64,000 bases of DNA from Hormiphora californensis (GCA_020137815.1 CM035350.1:4030001-4094000), one strand, 5' to 3'; shown: positions 14,401 to 29,400, counted from the stretch's first letter. Made by a program: numbers and translations. Notes: generated from the sequence alone by a model not told the origin.

Positions 14401-17400
14401 CCCTGTTTAAATATTGTTCATTATATAGTCGGTAGGTTATCGAACTGCACTTACCGCATCCCTGAACCAGAAGCTAATGGGTTTCTTATCAGAGGTCAGA
14501 GTACCAGAGAAGACAAAATTCTCTCCTAGCTCGAGGGGGCCACCGGGTATCGTGTAGGTCTGTCCAATTTTAATGGGCTTAATCTTGTTGACTCCCGTGT
14601 TCTGGGACCAGATACCGCCACTACCTCCACTGGGGAAGCCCACACCGAACACCTGCACCTCAGCAAGTTGTAGGTAATCCTTCTTGAGGACAACCTTAAC
14701 AATCCTAGCCTTGGCACCCTTGCAGTTAATTGGATACACATGGACATCCTGGATGTACTTGATAGTACCGCAGAGTTTCTTGCCAGCGTACACCTTAGCT
14801 CCATTAATCCGCTTCTTACAGCACCGATCGTATCTGTGATGTACCAGGACAAGGTGGATGGGGAATGTTTTCCCCAAATCAACCAGCCACCAGTTGTTTT
14901 TCTTGTGTCTACTGTGGGAGATGGACCTGTGGCCGTACCACCCACTCACGTTCCCGTCAACAGCACGTGAGGATTTTCCACCCCATCCCGTGCTCGATTG
15001 TTTGGTTTTTGGCGGTGTGAGAGCAAGTTGAGACCCTTTACTCCCACCTTTCCTCCGAATACCTGTACTTCAGACAACTGCAGGAAATTTCCCTTGTGTT
15101 TCACCATGACATGGCTTCCCTGGGCTCCCTCGCAAGACACTGGATAAACATGTTTCCTGTCCCGGTGGAAGATCTTACCACAGGATGTCCACTTCTTATT
15201 GCCATCGCCAACCAACACCTCGGCCCCATTAATCCGCTTTGTACAACACCTGTCCATCCTGTTGTAGACGATCACCATGTTGACATGATAACTCTTGTCC
15301 AGTTTTACCTTCCACCAGCCGCCCTTGGAACTCCGCGTGATGGCCATGCTCTTATGGGCCCAGTAGCCGTCTGTCCAGCCGTCCACTGCCTTAGAAGCCG
15401 GAGCATGGGGGTAGGTGGAGGAGAGCTTAGCAGGTCGCCTCACTGACAACAGCTTCATATTTCCCGTACCATAAGTTGGACCTGTCATTGCTGGACCGCC
15501 TGTTCCATACACCTCAACCTCTGCGATATTGATGATTTTCTTATGGCTAATCTTCACAATTCTTCCCTTTCTACCTCCGCAGCTGATCGGATAAACCGTG
15601 ATGCCCTTCATCCAGTTGACCACGCCGCACTTTGTACCATCCAGGCTGACCACTGCCTTGTTAATTCTACTCTGGCAGCAGCCGTCCCATCTGTTGTGTA
15701 TTACTACCAGGTAGACGGGGTAGATTCCCTGGAGGTCCACCTGCCACCAGTTTACCTTTCCGTTGGTGTCGATGCTAGTCCTGCTCCTCCACCACCCATT
15801 TGCATTGCCATCAACTGCCCGGGAGGGGTGTCCACCGTGGGCCACACTTCCCTGTTTCGTTGGTTTCCGGTAGGACAGTAATCCCATTCCCTTGATACCT
15901 CCCGTACCACCGTACACCTGAACCTCAGCTAGTTGTAGGTAGTGGTTGGGCTGCACTATCTTGACCTCCTGCCCCTCGATGCCATTACAAGCAACATAGT
16001 AGATGGTAACACCCTGGATGTAGTTGACGGTCCCGCAACTCTTACTCCCCACAAAGACCTCTGCGCCGTGGATTCGGTTGGAGCAACAGTCAATTCGGTT
16101 GTGAATCACCACAAAGTTGATGGTATAGGATTTACCCAGGTCAACTTTCCACCAGTTGTTTTTACCCTTCTTGGTGTGTGCTACCGTCTTACCAAACCGA
16201 CCGTCTGTGTTACCGTCCACTGCGGCACCCGCCCTGGAGTTGGCGTTCCAAGATCCAGTTTGACTGGCTGGCTTCCGGTGAGAGAGGAGAACCATGTTGC
16301 CACCTCCAAACACTGGTGCTTTACCGTCTAGGGGGTGGAAGGAGTTAATTAAATCGAACTGTTTTTTGTTAGGCTGTGAATTTGAAAATATTGAAAATCA
16401 TGGTGATCCAACTGACCGGTAATGTAGCAGTATTTGGTGCCGCTGATGAGTTTCCGGTTGTAACGTGCTGGTCTGTGTCCATCTCGTTTAATCCAGCACC
16501 TACCGCTGATCTTGTGGTAGGTGAAGGCAACACACCCGGCATTGCTTTTACACGCATCAGCACACTTGTTCACATCTTTGCCCTTAGTGATAAAGCTCCT
16601 AATGTCAGCACCCCAGAAATCAATGTCAGTCCTCAGGCAACCTAAAGAGGGAAGTTGTGGTTTTTACATAACCAATAATACAAATAAAACAATTGATAAG
16701 GCAGGATAGACATGTGCTACAAACACAATTGTGTATAATATGTACCTATTGTCAAAACACTTACTTCGGTGGAAGGAGGTCCATGTTCCCTTGGGTCCCA
16801 CAAATTGAACTCTGCTGACCTTCTTAAAGGGAATTCTGTGGGGTAACCGGGCCTTTATCTTTAGTCCGTTAACCTCAAAGTGGTATCCATTGGGCAGGAC
16901 TTTAATAACAATCACCATCTTTTGACCCACTCTAATGTTGGGCCAAGGGAATCGCACCTCCTTGCCCCACTTTCCTTTCCGAACGTTCATCACAACTACT
17001 TTGTGGGCTGGTCTGCCATTGAAATGCATGGCAATCTGAAATGAAGGGGCCATTAAAACGGTAATTGTCACTCTCAAATACCTACACGGAAGAAAAAAAA
17101 TTAAAACAAGACCACAGCATGATAGCATTTGACTTACATGTTTTCCCGCATAGAAGTTGATTGCCCATTGTTTCTTTGCATGGGTGTGTTTACCCCTAAC
17201 GACAAAGACAGATCCTAACCCAATAGGTCCCCCGGGTATCCTCTTGATTTTCCCAACCGGGGGACTCAAGATCTTCCATCCACCCGTGTTATGCGCCCAA
17301 TAACCACCATCTCCACCGGAGGGGAACCCAATACCATAAACTTGGACTTCAGCCAGCTGAAGATAATCCTTCTTTAGAACCACTTTGATGACCCTTGCCC

Positions 17401-20400
17401 GTTTGCCAGAGCAGTTGATGGGATACACTGATCGGTAGGGTATGTACTGGATGGTTCCACATAGCTCCTTGCCAGCGTACACCTTAGCCCCGTTTATCCG
17501 CTTAGCGCAACACTTGTCCGCCCGGTTGTGAATGATAACAAGGTGAATGGGGTAACTGGCACCCAGATTAACTTGCCACCAGTTATCCTTGTTGAACCGG
17601 GTATGCGAGGTGGTCCGGTGTCCATAGTAACCACTGGTGTTGCCGTCCACTGCCCTGGAGGGATGTCCACCCCAGCCGGTGGAGGATTGGGACGCCTTTT
17701 GTCGTTCTGACAGTAGATTCAGGTTCTTTACACCGAGATTACCACCTGATAATAAGGGGAGTCATGGAATATTTAGCTACAAATGACATGTCTCTCTCAA
17801 CCATAATGATTTGACAAGATTCAGAGTTTCAAAGAAATGCTGTCAGGCCAATGCTCTGACCACAGTTCTCGCTCGCTCCGCGTGCAAATTTGAGAGAAAC
17901 GAGAATGGGTCAAACCAATGCTCTGACAGAAGGAAAGGTACTTACCATAGACCTGCACCTCAGCCAGCTGTAGGTACTGTTTCTTCAGTGTGATCCGGAC
18001 AGTGCTGGCCTTAGCTCCGTTACACGCTATCGCGTACACCGTCTTCTTGGGTACATAATGGATGACCCCGCACTTCTTCTTTCCAGCCCAAACAACGGCA
18101 CCGTTGATACGGTTGTGGCAACAGTCTAGACGGTTGTAGACCAGGACCAGGTTTATGTGGTAGGCCTTGCCCAGATCTACCTCCCAGAACTCCTTAGCTC
18201 CCTTCTTGGTATGGGTGGTTGACCTGGTGATGTAGTGGTAACTCAGAGGGCAGTTGGTAAACAAAATGGCAAATGTTCGAAATGCCCATATTTGTACAAC
18301 ACCAGCGAAATTTAACTTGTGTCTCCAGATTTAGTGGCGTTTGTTTAGTATTCTAACACGGGGATAGGGAATGACGTTTTCTTGAAGTTTGCGATCGGTA
18401 CGATCGCCCCATTTTCTAGTAACTATAACTCACTTGTGTTTCCAGTGCCCGTAAGTGTTTCCATCGACTGCCCTGGAGGGTACACCTCCAAAGCCTACAC
18501 TACTCTGCTTAGTGGGGCGGAAGTCCGACAACAACATTACATTTCCAGATCCAGCCACATTGAAACCGGGTGCACCAGTTGCAAAGACTTGGACCTCTGC
18601 CAGGGTCAGGTAGTCATTCTTCTGGACAACCCTTACTGTGCTCCCCTGGACTCCCTTACAGTTGAAGGGGTACGCGAATTGTCTTGGCTTGTATTGAACT
18701 GTTCCACAAAGCCTCTTTCCAACATACACCTGACAAAATTGACATCGTTACCATGGTTACAAGTGACAGTTCAAAAGTATTCATCGAACTCAGTAATGTT
18801 CATTGTTCCCTCCTGAAAAACGAACTGCCATATTGTCCTCACCTTGGCACCGTTGATTCGTCTAGAACAGCAGTCCCATCGGTTATGAAGGACGACCATG
18901 TGTACCGGGTACACCCCCAGCAAGTCCACCTTCCACCAATTGTTGGCTCCCCTTCCATGGCGAGAGTGGGTACAGGACCGGTGTCCATAGTGACCACTGG
19001 TGTTACCGTCCACTGCTCTAGAGGGGTGTCCACCCCAGCCAGTGGAGGACTGGGAGGTTGGCTTATACTGGGAAACCATACCCAGACCCTTGATGGCTTT
19101 TGTGCCTCCTGTATAGTGGGTGGGGTAGTTAATTAACAGTCTTGCAAGAATGGGTTCCACAAAATTAAATATCAAAAACAGCACAAACCACTTGGGAAGT
19201 CAGGTATGATTTGCAGTTGCCTAGCAACTAAATGCGAGTACTTACCGTAAACCTGGACTTCAGCGAGCTGTAGGTAACCCTTGGTTGGTAGTAGGAACTC
19301 CACGATATTACCCTTGACACCATTGCAACCGATATAATAAACCATGAGGTGCCTGTTCCAGGATATGGATCCACACTTCTGCTTCTTCTTTCCCTTAATC
19401 ACATTGACAATAAGCCCGTTGATCCTCTGGGGCGCTTCTGCCCTGTTATAAACCACCACCATGTTAATGGCATAAGTTCCCCCAAGGTCGATCTTCAGCC
19501 AGTTTCCCTTGCCCAGTTTGGTGTGCATTACACTTCTCCCGCTGTAGTAGGGGTTAAAGTTTCCATCGACAGCTCGGGAAGGATGACCTCCCCAGCCGAC
19601 AGAGGAAGATGTAGCCTTGGCGCCATGTGATAGAAGTTTCAAATTTCCACTGCCCAGGAAACCAGACATCCTCACCTTGCCACCAGTTCCAAACACTTGC
19701 ACTTCAGCAAGGGTCAGGTAGTTCTTCTTCTGGACAACCTTCACAATCCTTCCCTTCTTACCCGCACAATCAATGGGGTAGACGTTCACGTTTGGAGCCC
19801 AGCTGATAGTTCCACACAGCTGTTTGTCCAGGTAAACCTTGGCCCCGTCAATCCTGTTCCGGCAGCACCTATCAAGCCTGTTGTGAACGAGCACAAAGTA
19901 GACCGGGTATGCCTTTCCTAGGTCAACTTGCCACCAATTATTCTTCTTCCCCTTGCTGTGGGTGGATGTTTTAGCACCATAATACCCATCCACATTGCCG
20001 TCCACAGCACGTTTAGGGTGTCCTCCCCAGCCAATACTGTTCTGCTTCGTGGGACGCCCCTGGGACAGCAGTCCCAGGTTCTTGACCGGTTTGGCCCCTC
20101 CAAATACTTGAATTTCAGCCATGTGTAGCCAGTTGCTCTTTAGGACGACCTTCACGTAGCTGCCAGCGGCACCGTTACAAGGGGAACATGTAGACATCCA
20201 CACCTTTCCGCCAGCGGAGTGTCCCCACCTTCTTACTTCCCACAAATACCTACAGAGTTTATTGGAAATGGGTTACTATACTGGCAAAGACAATTCTAAA
20301 AGAAAAGAAAACAACAAGTTAAAGAATTACTGACCTCTGCATTATTGATGCGTGATTGGCAGCAGTCTCGTCGGTTGTAAATCACAACCATGTTGACACG

Positions 20401-23400
20401 GTAGGTCTTGTACAGATCAACCTTGAACCAATTGTTCCTCGGTTTACCGGAGTGACTAACCGACCTGCAAGATTGATGAGCCGTTAGTCTTGGAACCACC
20501 CCAACCGGATATTATTTCTTCTGTTAAGTAGTCGAAAAAGCCATAAAAACAACCCGATGATATGAAATGTTTCACAACCTCTAACTTACTTTCTCTTGTA
20601 AAAGCCGTCAGTGTTACCATCCACAGCCCGCTCAGGTTTCCCGCCAAATCCGGTGCTACTTTGGGTCACCTTCTTTCCCTGACTGAGGAGTAACCCATAG
20701 TTACCGCTCCCGATATTAGCACCAGCAGGACCGGGTCCACCCACACCGAACACCTGGACCTCGGCGAGGGTGAGGTAATCCTTCTTTTGGACCACCTTCA
20801 CAATCCTTCCCTTGGCTCCCTTACAATTGATCGGATACACATGGACACCAGGCAGGTATTTGACAGTTCCGCACTTCTTCTTGTCAACCCACACCTCCGC
20901 TCCATTGATCCTCTTTTGGCAGCAGTCCCACCGGTTGTGGATGACCACCAGGTGGATGGGGTACTTGTGTAGCAGGTCAACCTGCCACCAGTTGTTCTTC
21001 TTGTGTCGACTGTGAGTGGATGTCCGCACTCCGTAGTGGCCGTTAGTGTTCCCGTCCACTGCTCGGGAGGACTTACCACCCCAACCCGTGGAGGATTGTT
21101 TTGTGGGCATGCCCTGGGAGAGGAGTCCCAACTTCTTGATTCCCTTCTTACCACCTGGAGAGCGATATGAAGGATCATGGGCGTGTGTTAGTAGAGTTTA
21201 CCATTTAGGAGAGAAAGAGGAGAGATCATGTTTATGCTATGTAATAACTATCAGGGAGAAAGAGGAAAATGGAATGATACATATTGTAAAGAATGGGAAT
21301 TTTAACTAAGCTAAAACAGTATATGAAGGTGTTCGGCTCAGTTCTTACCATAAACTTGGACCTCTGCCAACTGAAGGTAATCCCTGGCGAGGGTGACCTT
21401 TACGGAGCTTCCCTTCTTTCCATTACAACTGACAAAGTAGTAATGGCGACGGGGAACATACGATATCTGCCCACACTTCTGTTTGTCTACCCAGACCTGG
21501 AGAAATAGAAGGGAAAATTAAGCTGAAATTTTGGCTTTATATGGCATGTTTTACGGCATGTTTGGAATAACTTAATTGTAAAACTATGTTCACCTGGGCG
21601 CCGTCGAGGCGTTGAGAACAGCAGTCCTGCCGGTTGTAGATGATGACCAAGTTGACAGCATACACGGAACCAAGATCTACCTTCCACCAGTTGTTCCGGT
21701 TACGTGCCGTGTGACTGACCGACCTGTGGTTATACCGACCCTCTGTCTTTCCGTCCACCGCTCTACTGGCTTTTCCACCCCATCCGGTTGTTGATTGGGT
21801 CGCCTTCTTGTTGTGGGACAGTAGTTTGACGTTACCACTACCAAAGTTGGGTGCGGCGATTCCAGACCCACCGGTACCTGGTGAAGAGATTTCTTAGAGA
21901 TGCTCCTTCAAAAAAACAACTACCATCTACTGTCCCAAAACGTCGAAACGTTTGTTATATTAGCTATTTGATTTTGAACACCTGAATCAACGTCTTTTTT
22001 CCTGAATGCCTGAACACACGCTAACACACGCGAGACCAGTTCGGAGGTAATGGTTTCTGTAACAACGCTCCTTCATAAAACGTCCAACTTACCAAAGACC
22101 TGCACCTCTGCCATAGTAAGATAGTTCTTCCTCTGGATAACCTTGACAATACGTCCCTTCTTGCCCTTACAGCTTATAGGATAAACATGAACTCCGCGGG
22201 TGTACTTGATCGTCCCACACTTTTGCTTGTCAAGCCATACCTCCGCTCCGTGGATTCGCTTCTGGCAGCAATCCCAACGGTTGTGAATCAGTACCAGATA
22301 TACCGGGTACTTGCCTTTGATGGAGGGTAATGTTTTTTAGATGTCAACACAATTCAATACTTGGCTACCATACGAATACGATTCTTCTTTATCAAACTAA
22401 ATCTCACCTTGGAGGTCAACCTGCCACCAACTGTTCTTCTTCTTCTTAGGTATGCATGGACGTCTTATGGCCGTAATGACCGTGGAAGTTTCCATCAACA
22501 GCTCGGGATGATTTCCCACCCCATCCAGTACTCGATTGTTTAGTGGGTTTTCGATGGGATAGAATTCCCAGACCCTTGATTGCCTTGGAACCACCTGGAG
22601 AGTTGTGTAATGTTAGTCATGGTGGAAGTGCTCCTTCATAAAACAAGCAAACGTATCGTTCAAACTTACCAAAGACCTGAACTTCAGCGAGCTGTAGGTA
22701 ATTTCCCTTCAGAGTAATTTTCACGTTGTCAGCCTTCACCCCATTACACGGTATAAAGTAGGCGTGTTGCCGGTGGATATATTTGATGGTTCCACATTTG
22801 TGAGAACCTGCATACACCACCGCCCCATTGATCCTATTATGGCAGCAATCCACTCGGTTATAGACCACAACCAAATTGATGTTATATTTCTTGCCCAATT
22901 CCACCTGCCACCACTGGACTTTACCCCTCTGTTGGGCAGGTCCCAGGGTATGGGATACAGATCTACCGTTGTAGTGACCATTCAGGTTGCCATCAACTGC
23001 ACGTGCAGCAGCTCCACCCCAACCGGTTGATGATTGCCGGGTCTTGGCTTTCTGAGAGAGCAGTTTCACATTCCCAGTTCCGATAGATCGATCAACTTCA
23101 CCTGTTAAAATGGATATAAAGGTGAGAGAATGGTTTTGAGTTCTCCCCATCTAGACCCGGCAAAGGGTGACTTAAGGGTAACCAAGGGTAACCCAGAACT
23201 CTGTATACCTGTGTAACAGCTCTTTCTAGCGGATATACACCTCCCGTTGTTGGAAAGAGCCCTGTGGCCGCTGTGTTTGATATAACACCTTCCATCCTTC
23301 TTAATGTAGGTGAATGCAACACATGCCTTCTCTGCCAGACATGCTGCCTTACACTTTTTGATATTCTTTCCTGTCATGAAATTCTTGATGTCTCCACCCC

Positions 23401-26400
23401 AGAAGTCCTTGTCCATCAACAGACAACCTGGATATAGTTTTGGGATTGTTATGGAGAGCTAATAAGTAGAGTTCGTTGTCGTGGTAATATGTGGCTGTCA
23501 GAATCAGTTGCTACTGGTTACCCTTGTCATACTTACTTCTGTACATGTCAGTGACAACGCCTTTTTGGCCGCCGAAAGTAAACGAGTTAATGAGACCGAA
23601 TCTGACACGGTGAGGGAATCTCTTCTTGTATATTCTCTCATTTAGCTGTCAGGTGCATGGAGTCAGTCAGAAATTGTCATTAAAGCTGTACTTCATTTAA
23701 TATAGTGTCTGTTAATGTGAGAGCTACGGGATAGTACCCACGCCACATTATACCTGTAGTTCGTTCGAAATTTACCTGGATAATGAAGAACTTCTTCTCG
23801 ATTCGAATGATGGCACTAAAACGATCACCAGGGAACAGGGAGATGAGCCACTGGAGTCGAACCTCCCGCTGCCATTTCCATCTTTTCCCAGCCTTCTTGG
23901 CGGAATTCAGAACAATCATCTTGTCCGCCGGACGGGGGTTGAAATGTAGAGCAATCTGAAGTAGGGGTTTGATACATTTAGATCTTTGGATAATATGATG
24001 TTCATGGGCCAACTGCTGTAGGCACTGCCAGGGCCAACTTAAACCGTTCTAATCTCTCTACTGACCTTTTTGTTGCCTACAGTAAGGAAGTTGATGGCCC
24101 ATCTCTTTTTGAGGTCCTTGAGAGTTCCCTGGAAGACAATGACTGTTCCCGGTTCCAGCTCTCCCCCGGGAATGGTGTAGCTGGTACCCGGTTTGATACT
24201 TCCAATATGCAGACTCTCTGAGAGGGAGTATTGGTTAATTAGGAGCTTCATATTGTGATCAAAGGTTGGAGCTACGATCAATAAATTAAGTTACTCACTG
24301 CCAACATGAGAGGTGTAGAAGGCACCAAAATCAGGGGCTTTAGGTGGAGAGCCACCGGTTCCGAAGACCTGCACCTCTGCCAGAGTTAGGTAGTTGTACT
24401 TTTGTTCGATTCTAACCACGCTCCCCTTCTTGCCACCACAGTTGATAGGGTAAACGTGAACTGACGGCCTCCAACTGACCCTGCCACACAGTTTCTTGCT
24501 CGTACCCTCTACCACGTACACCTAGTAAGACGGGGGTATAGAAAGGCTGTTACCATAGCAACTAGGCTATATTTTGGGTAAGTACTGAGTAGCCATAGTA
24601 ACCGCTCATACTGACCTTGGCTCCATCAATTCGGTTGTGACAGCAGTCTACCCGGTTATGGACTAGCACCAGATAGATGGGATGGGACTTTTGAAGGTTG
24701 ACCTGCCACCAACTGTTCCTGTTCTTTCTCGTGTGGGTTGATGTTCTCCGTCCATAATGTCCATTGGGGTTTCCATCAACCGCCCGGGATGACTTACCTC
24801 CCCAGCCCGTATTGGACTGAGAAGTGGGCTTGTTAAGGGACAACAAGCCGAGTCCCTTGACGGCGGTAGGACCTCCAAACACCTGCACCTCAGCCAGCTG
24901 TAGGTATTCCTTGTCCAGAGTCACCTTGACATACCGAGCCTTGGCACCGTTACAGCTTACAAAGTATACATGCTGGTTCTTCCTCCATCGCACTGTTCCG
25001 CATTTCTCCTTTCCAGCGTACACTTTTGCACCGTTTAACCGCTGGACACAGCAATCTTGTCGGTTATAAATGACAACTAGGTTGACTCTCTGCTTTGACC
25101 CGAGATCCACTTTCCACCACTGGGTTTTGCGTTTCTTTTGCTGTCTCTGGCTGAGCGTGTGTGATACTGACCTGAAGAAATTTATGTCCGTAATAAGAAA
25201 TGAAGTTATTAGGGAGTTATTACAAAATGTGTTTATCACTGGTTCATTACTCATTATATAACCATAATATAATACTTACCTTCCGTTGTAGTATCCATTC
25301 AGATTTCCATCATTAGCCCGAGAGGGAACTCCGCCCCACCCGGTACTGGACTGAGTAGCAGAGTAGTGGTGCGACAACAGCTTCACATTCCCTCCTCCGT
25401 AGATCAGACCACCTAAAAAGTTTGAGGGTCGTCAGTTGCAGTTTTTATTAAGGAGTAAAAACCCCCCTGGTAAAGGAGCAAAGTTACAAACTTACCATTA
25501 TAGCAAGATTTGAATCCAGAAATAAGGTTCTTATCGTATTGAGTGTGTCTATGTCCTGGCCTCTTCAACCAGCAACGACCAGATGGCTTGTGGTAGGTGT
25601 ATGCAGTACATTCAGCGTGCTTCAGACACTTGTTTTTGCACTCGATAACAGAGTGGCCATTAGTGATGAAGGTCTTGATGTCACTACCCCAGAGATTTTG
25701 TTCTATAAGCATACAACCTGGAAGGGGTGTGGGATTAAGATTTTAAAGCATTATTAACTCCCAGTTCAATTTTATTGACTTGTTCAGGCTGCCTATTATA
25801 GCGTGTCCCGATTAGCAACACCCTGTTCAGTTTCACTTACTTCTGGAGACGCTTGTGAAGGCTCCCTTCCGTCCATATACACTGATCGTCCTGACATCTC
25901 CAAACTTCAGTCGGTGTGGGAACTTGACCTGTTGCTCTTGACCATTGATCTGCAGTTGGAGAGAGATGGAGTTATGTCGAAAAGTGTTACTTGTCACCTC
26001 ATCCTCATTTCTGCAATGTTATGTGTGTGACCTGGGATCAGAGTCGTGGTTTGTAGCAACTTACAATGAATCTGTAGTGTTTCTGGTGAACAATGACAAC
26101 CACGGACCATTTCTGACCCTTAGTGAAGGAACTAGGCCATGGAATGTAGAGCTCCTTTGCCCACCCTTTCCGCTTTCCCTTCCGGATGGACGAATTGAGG
26201 ACAATCCTTTTTTGCTTTGGTCTTGGGTTAAAGTGCAACGCAGTCTGAAAAGAAACAATTTTAAAAATAGTTATGTTAAAATCTGAAATGGCACTATTCA
26301 TAAATTGGTCATTTAATCACTTACATTCAGTTTATCGTTGTGGTTTAAATTGAAAGCCCACCGACTTTTGTTATCCATGATCTTCCCCTTAAAGACGAAA

Positions 26401-29400
26401 ACACTTCCAGGGATAATAGGCCCTCCCGGAAGGGGAATACTCTTGTACTTCTGTGGTATTGAAGCTAGTGGGATTGTTAGACTCTTAGGAACGTGCTTGG
26501 TGTAGAACGCTGCCAGGTCTCCAGTTGCTCCAGCCGTGGATGCAAAGACCTGTACTTCAGGGATTGTGAGATGGTTCTTGGGCTGTTCAATCCTCACATA
26601 GCTGCCCTTCTTTCCTCCGCAGTTGATGGGGTAAACATGGATTGACTTGTTGTATTTGATAGTCCCGCACTTGTGTGCTCCTACAAATACCTTAGCACCA
26701 TGCAGCTTCTCACCACAGCAATCCCATCGGTTGTGTACAAGGACCAGGTAGACAGGGTACTCGCCTGGGAGGAGTTGTCATGGTGATATGCGACTCTGGA
26801 ATACACCCTTATAGCTTAGATCTTGGTATTCACAATTCACAGCATGGTCCCATGGTCGACTTTCTATATTTTTGGACCATCCGTGTGATCCTTACTTCCT
26901 TACTTAAAAATACGATTCAATACTGTGAACTGAGTTTTACCTTGAAGGTCCACCTGCCACCAGTTGTTCTTGGCAGATTTAGACTTGGTGGGAATCGTCC
27001 GGATGCAGTTTCCATCAACGTTACCGTCTACAGCTCTAGAGGATGTTCCTCCGTAGCCAGACTTGGACGCTTTAGTAGGCTTCTTCTCAGAGATCAGATC
27101 CAGCGATTTGATTGGCTTAGCACCACCTGGTTTGAAATGAGAAGGGTGTTAGTAACCACAGTTACTAAAATAGAAAGGAAGCTGCGTTAGTAAATGGGGT
27201 TCTTTTAGGAAATAGGAAAGGCTGACCACTAACAAAAGCACCAACAAAAGCACTAACAACGGTTACTAAAATAGTAACAACATATTTTGTGGCACTTACC
27301 AAATACTTGGACCTCAGCAAGTGAAAGATAGTTTCCAGTTGGCAACTTGATGGTAACAGTCTTGGCCTTGGCACCATTACACGCGATCGTGTAGACGTGT
27401 TTCCCCTTAGCCCAATGGATAGTACCACACTTCTTCTTGCCAGCATACACTGTTGCACCGTGAATACGGTTATGGCAACAGTCCATACGGTTGTAGATCA
27501 CCACCAAGTTTATGTGGTACGCCTTGGCGAGAGTAACTCTCCACCAGGGGATCTTGCCACGTTGCTGTTTCTTGTTCTTGGTGTGTGTCACCGATCTGCA
27601 GGAGTAGTGTGTCATGATATCATGATCAAGTCGAGAGACCGTATTTTGTAAACTGTATAACAGTGATAATGCAATTTAAAGGCAACACTGGGGTTTCACA
27701 GACAACTTACTTTCCGTTGTAGTATCCGTCAGTGCGACCGTCCACTCCCCTGGTAGGAACACCACCCCAGCCGGTACTGGACTGACGGGTGGGCCTTCCT
27801 TGGGAGAGCAACTTGACATTTCCACTGCCAAGAACAGCTCCACCTCGTTTAGCCTTGCCCGCTCTGCCGAGTGGACTGGTGTAGATGTGTTGTGCCCTGT
27901 TCCTACCGTACACAGCGGACCCGTGAACGTCAATTTGGGCGAGTCTACCTGGTACCCTGTACCATCTGGTTCCGGTGGGTTTACCCGGGCTCACTCCTCC
28001 CCTGTAGTAGATCATGTCCGCCTTGTTGACACCAACCACTATACCATTACCAGAGGCGATCCACTTGAGCTTACCTGGAACATGTACCCACTAGATAGGG
28101 AGAGGGAGAGGGGTTAAGTTTTTGTTGAGACTTATTTTAGCTAGTGAATGGACCGAAGATGGGCGCTGCTTACCTTTGCACCTCCAGAGTTTTTATCTCC
28201 GAAAGTTCCAATTCGATGGTAAATATTGTGTGCTCGGTTTACAACCCACACACCAGACATGCCCACTGAGACCTGGATAGCCGCACCCCCGATTCGTTTC
28301 CATCCTGCCCCCTTTCTCCAGTAAATGTGCTGGGCTCTGTTGATACCCCACACGTGGTTACGCTCACTCACTTCCAGCTGGTATTAGGGGAGGGAGGAGG
28401 GTTTAGAGTGAGGGCAACTAGAAAAATACTTATTATGACTACAGTACGTCTTGATAATTTAGTTTGGTAAGTGTGTGAAAGACTGGTGCAACTTACATTG
28501 GTTAGTTTTCCGCCGATGCGTTTCCACTTGTGGCCACCCAGATGCATGTAGATGTTGTGGTGTTTGTTGACACCCCAAACTTGGGTTCCACCGACAGCAA
28601 TGTGGGTCAGTTTTCCTCTGATGTGCCGCCAACCCCTGCCCATCCAGCGGTAAATATTGTGGCCCCGGTTAACACCCCACACTCCCGCACCACCGGTAGA
28701 ACAGACAATCAGGGCACCGGGTAACCGCCGCCATTTTGCTAGAATCTTCCAAGTACCCGTGTATCTCAGCTTCTTGACAGCTCCACCTCGTTTAGCCTTG
28801 CCCGCTCTGCCGAGTGGACTGGTGTAGATATGTTGTGCCCTGTTCCTACCGTACACAGCGGACCCGTGAACGTCAATTTGGGCGAGTCTACCTGGTACCC
28901 TGTACCATCTGGTTCCGGTGGGTTTACCCGGGCTCACTCCTCCCCTGTAGTAGATCATGTCCGCCTTGTTGACACCAACCACTATACCATTACCAGAGGC
29001 GATCCACTTGAGCTTACCTGGCACATGTACCCACTAGGTAAGGAGAGAGGAAGGAGGTTAGGTATTTGTTGATACCCATTTTAGCGGGTATGGCACTAAA
29101 AGGGCCCAAGATGGGCGCTGCTTACCTTTGCACCCCCAGAGTTTTTATCTCCGAAAGTTCCAATTCGATGGTAAATATTGTGTGCTCGGTTTACAACCCA
29201 CACACCAGACATGCCCACTGAGACCTGGATAGCCGCACCCCCGATTCGTTTCCATCCTGCCCCCTTTCTCCAGTAAATGTGCTGGGCTCTGTTGATACCC
29301 CACACGTGGTTACGCTCACTCACTTCCAGCTGGTATTAGGGGAGGGAGGAGGGTTTAGAGTGAGAATAACTAGAAAAATACTTATTATGACTACAGTACG

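Larger units (their letters stand above)
11670..27830 (-). other. Array of 22 F-type lectin (fucolectin/FTP) domains interrupted by four galectin+PAN units
   Basis: Repeated LLS..K...[15 protein letters not shown]....HT.....WW.VDL.......NR.DCC..R..G.....CG.......[10 protein letters not shown], containing the F-type H...RxDxxxxR fucose motif. Grouping from the N-terminus is 2, 2, 10, 4, 4. Confidence 0.9.

Noticed and set aside
3900-22460. Programmed ribosomal frameshifting or RNA editing
   Set aside because: No consistent slippery motif, indels in both directions, and the same error type appears in ROCK.
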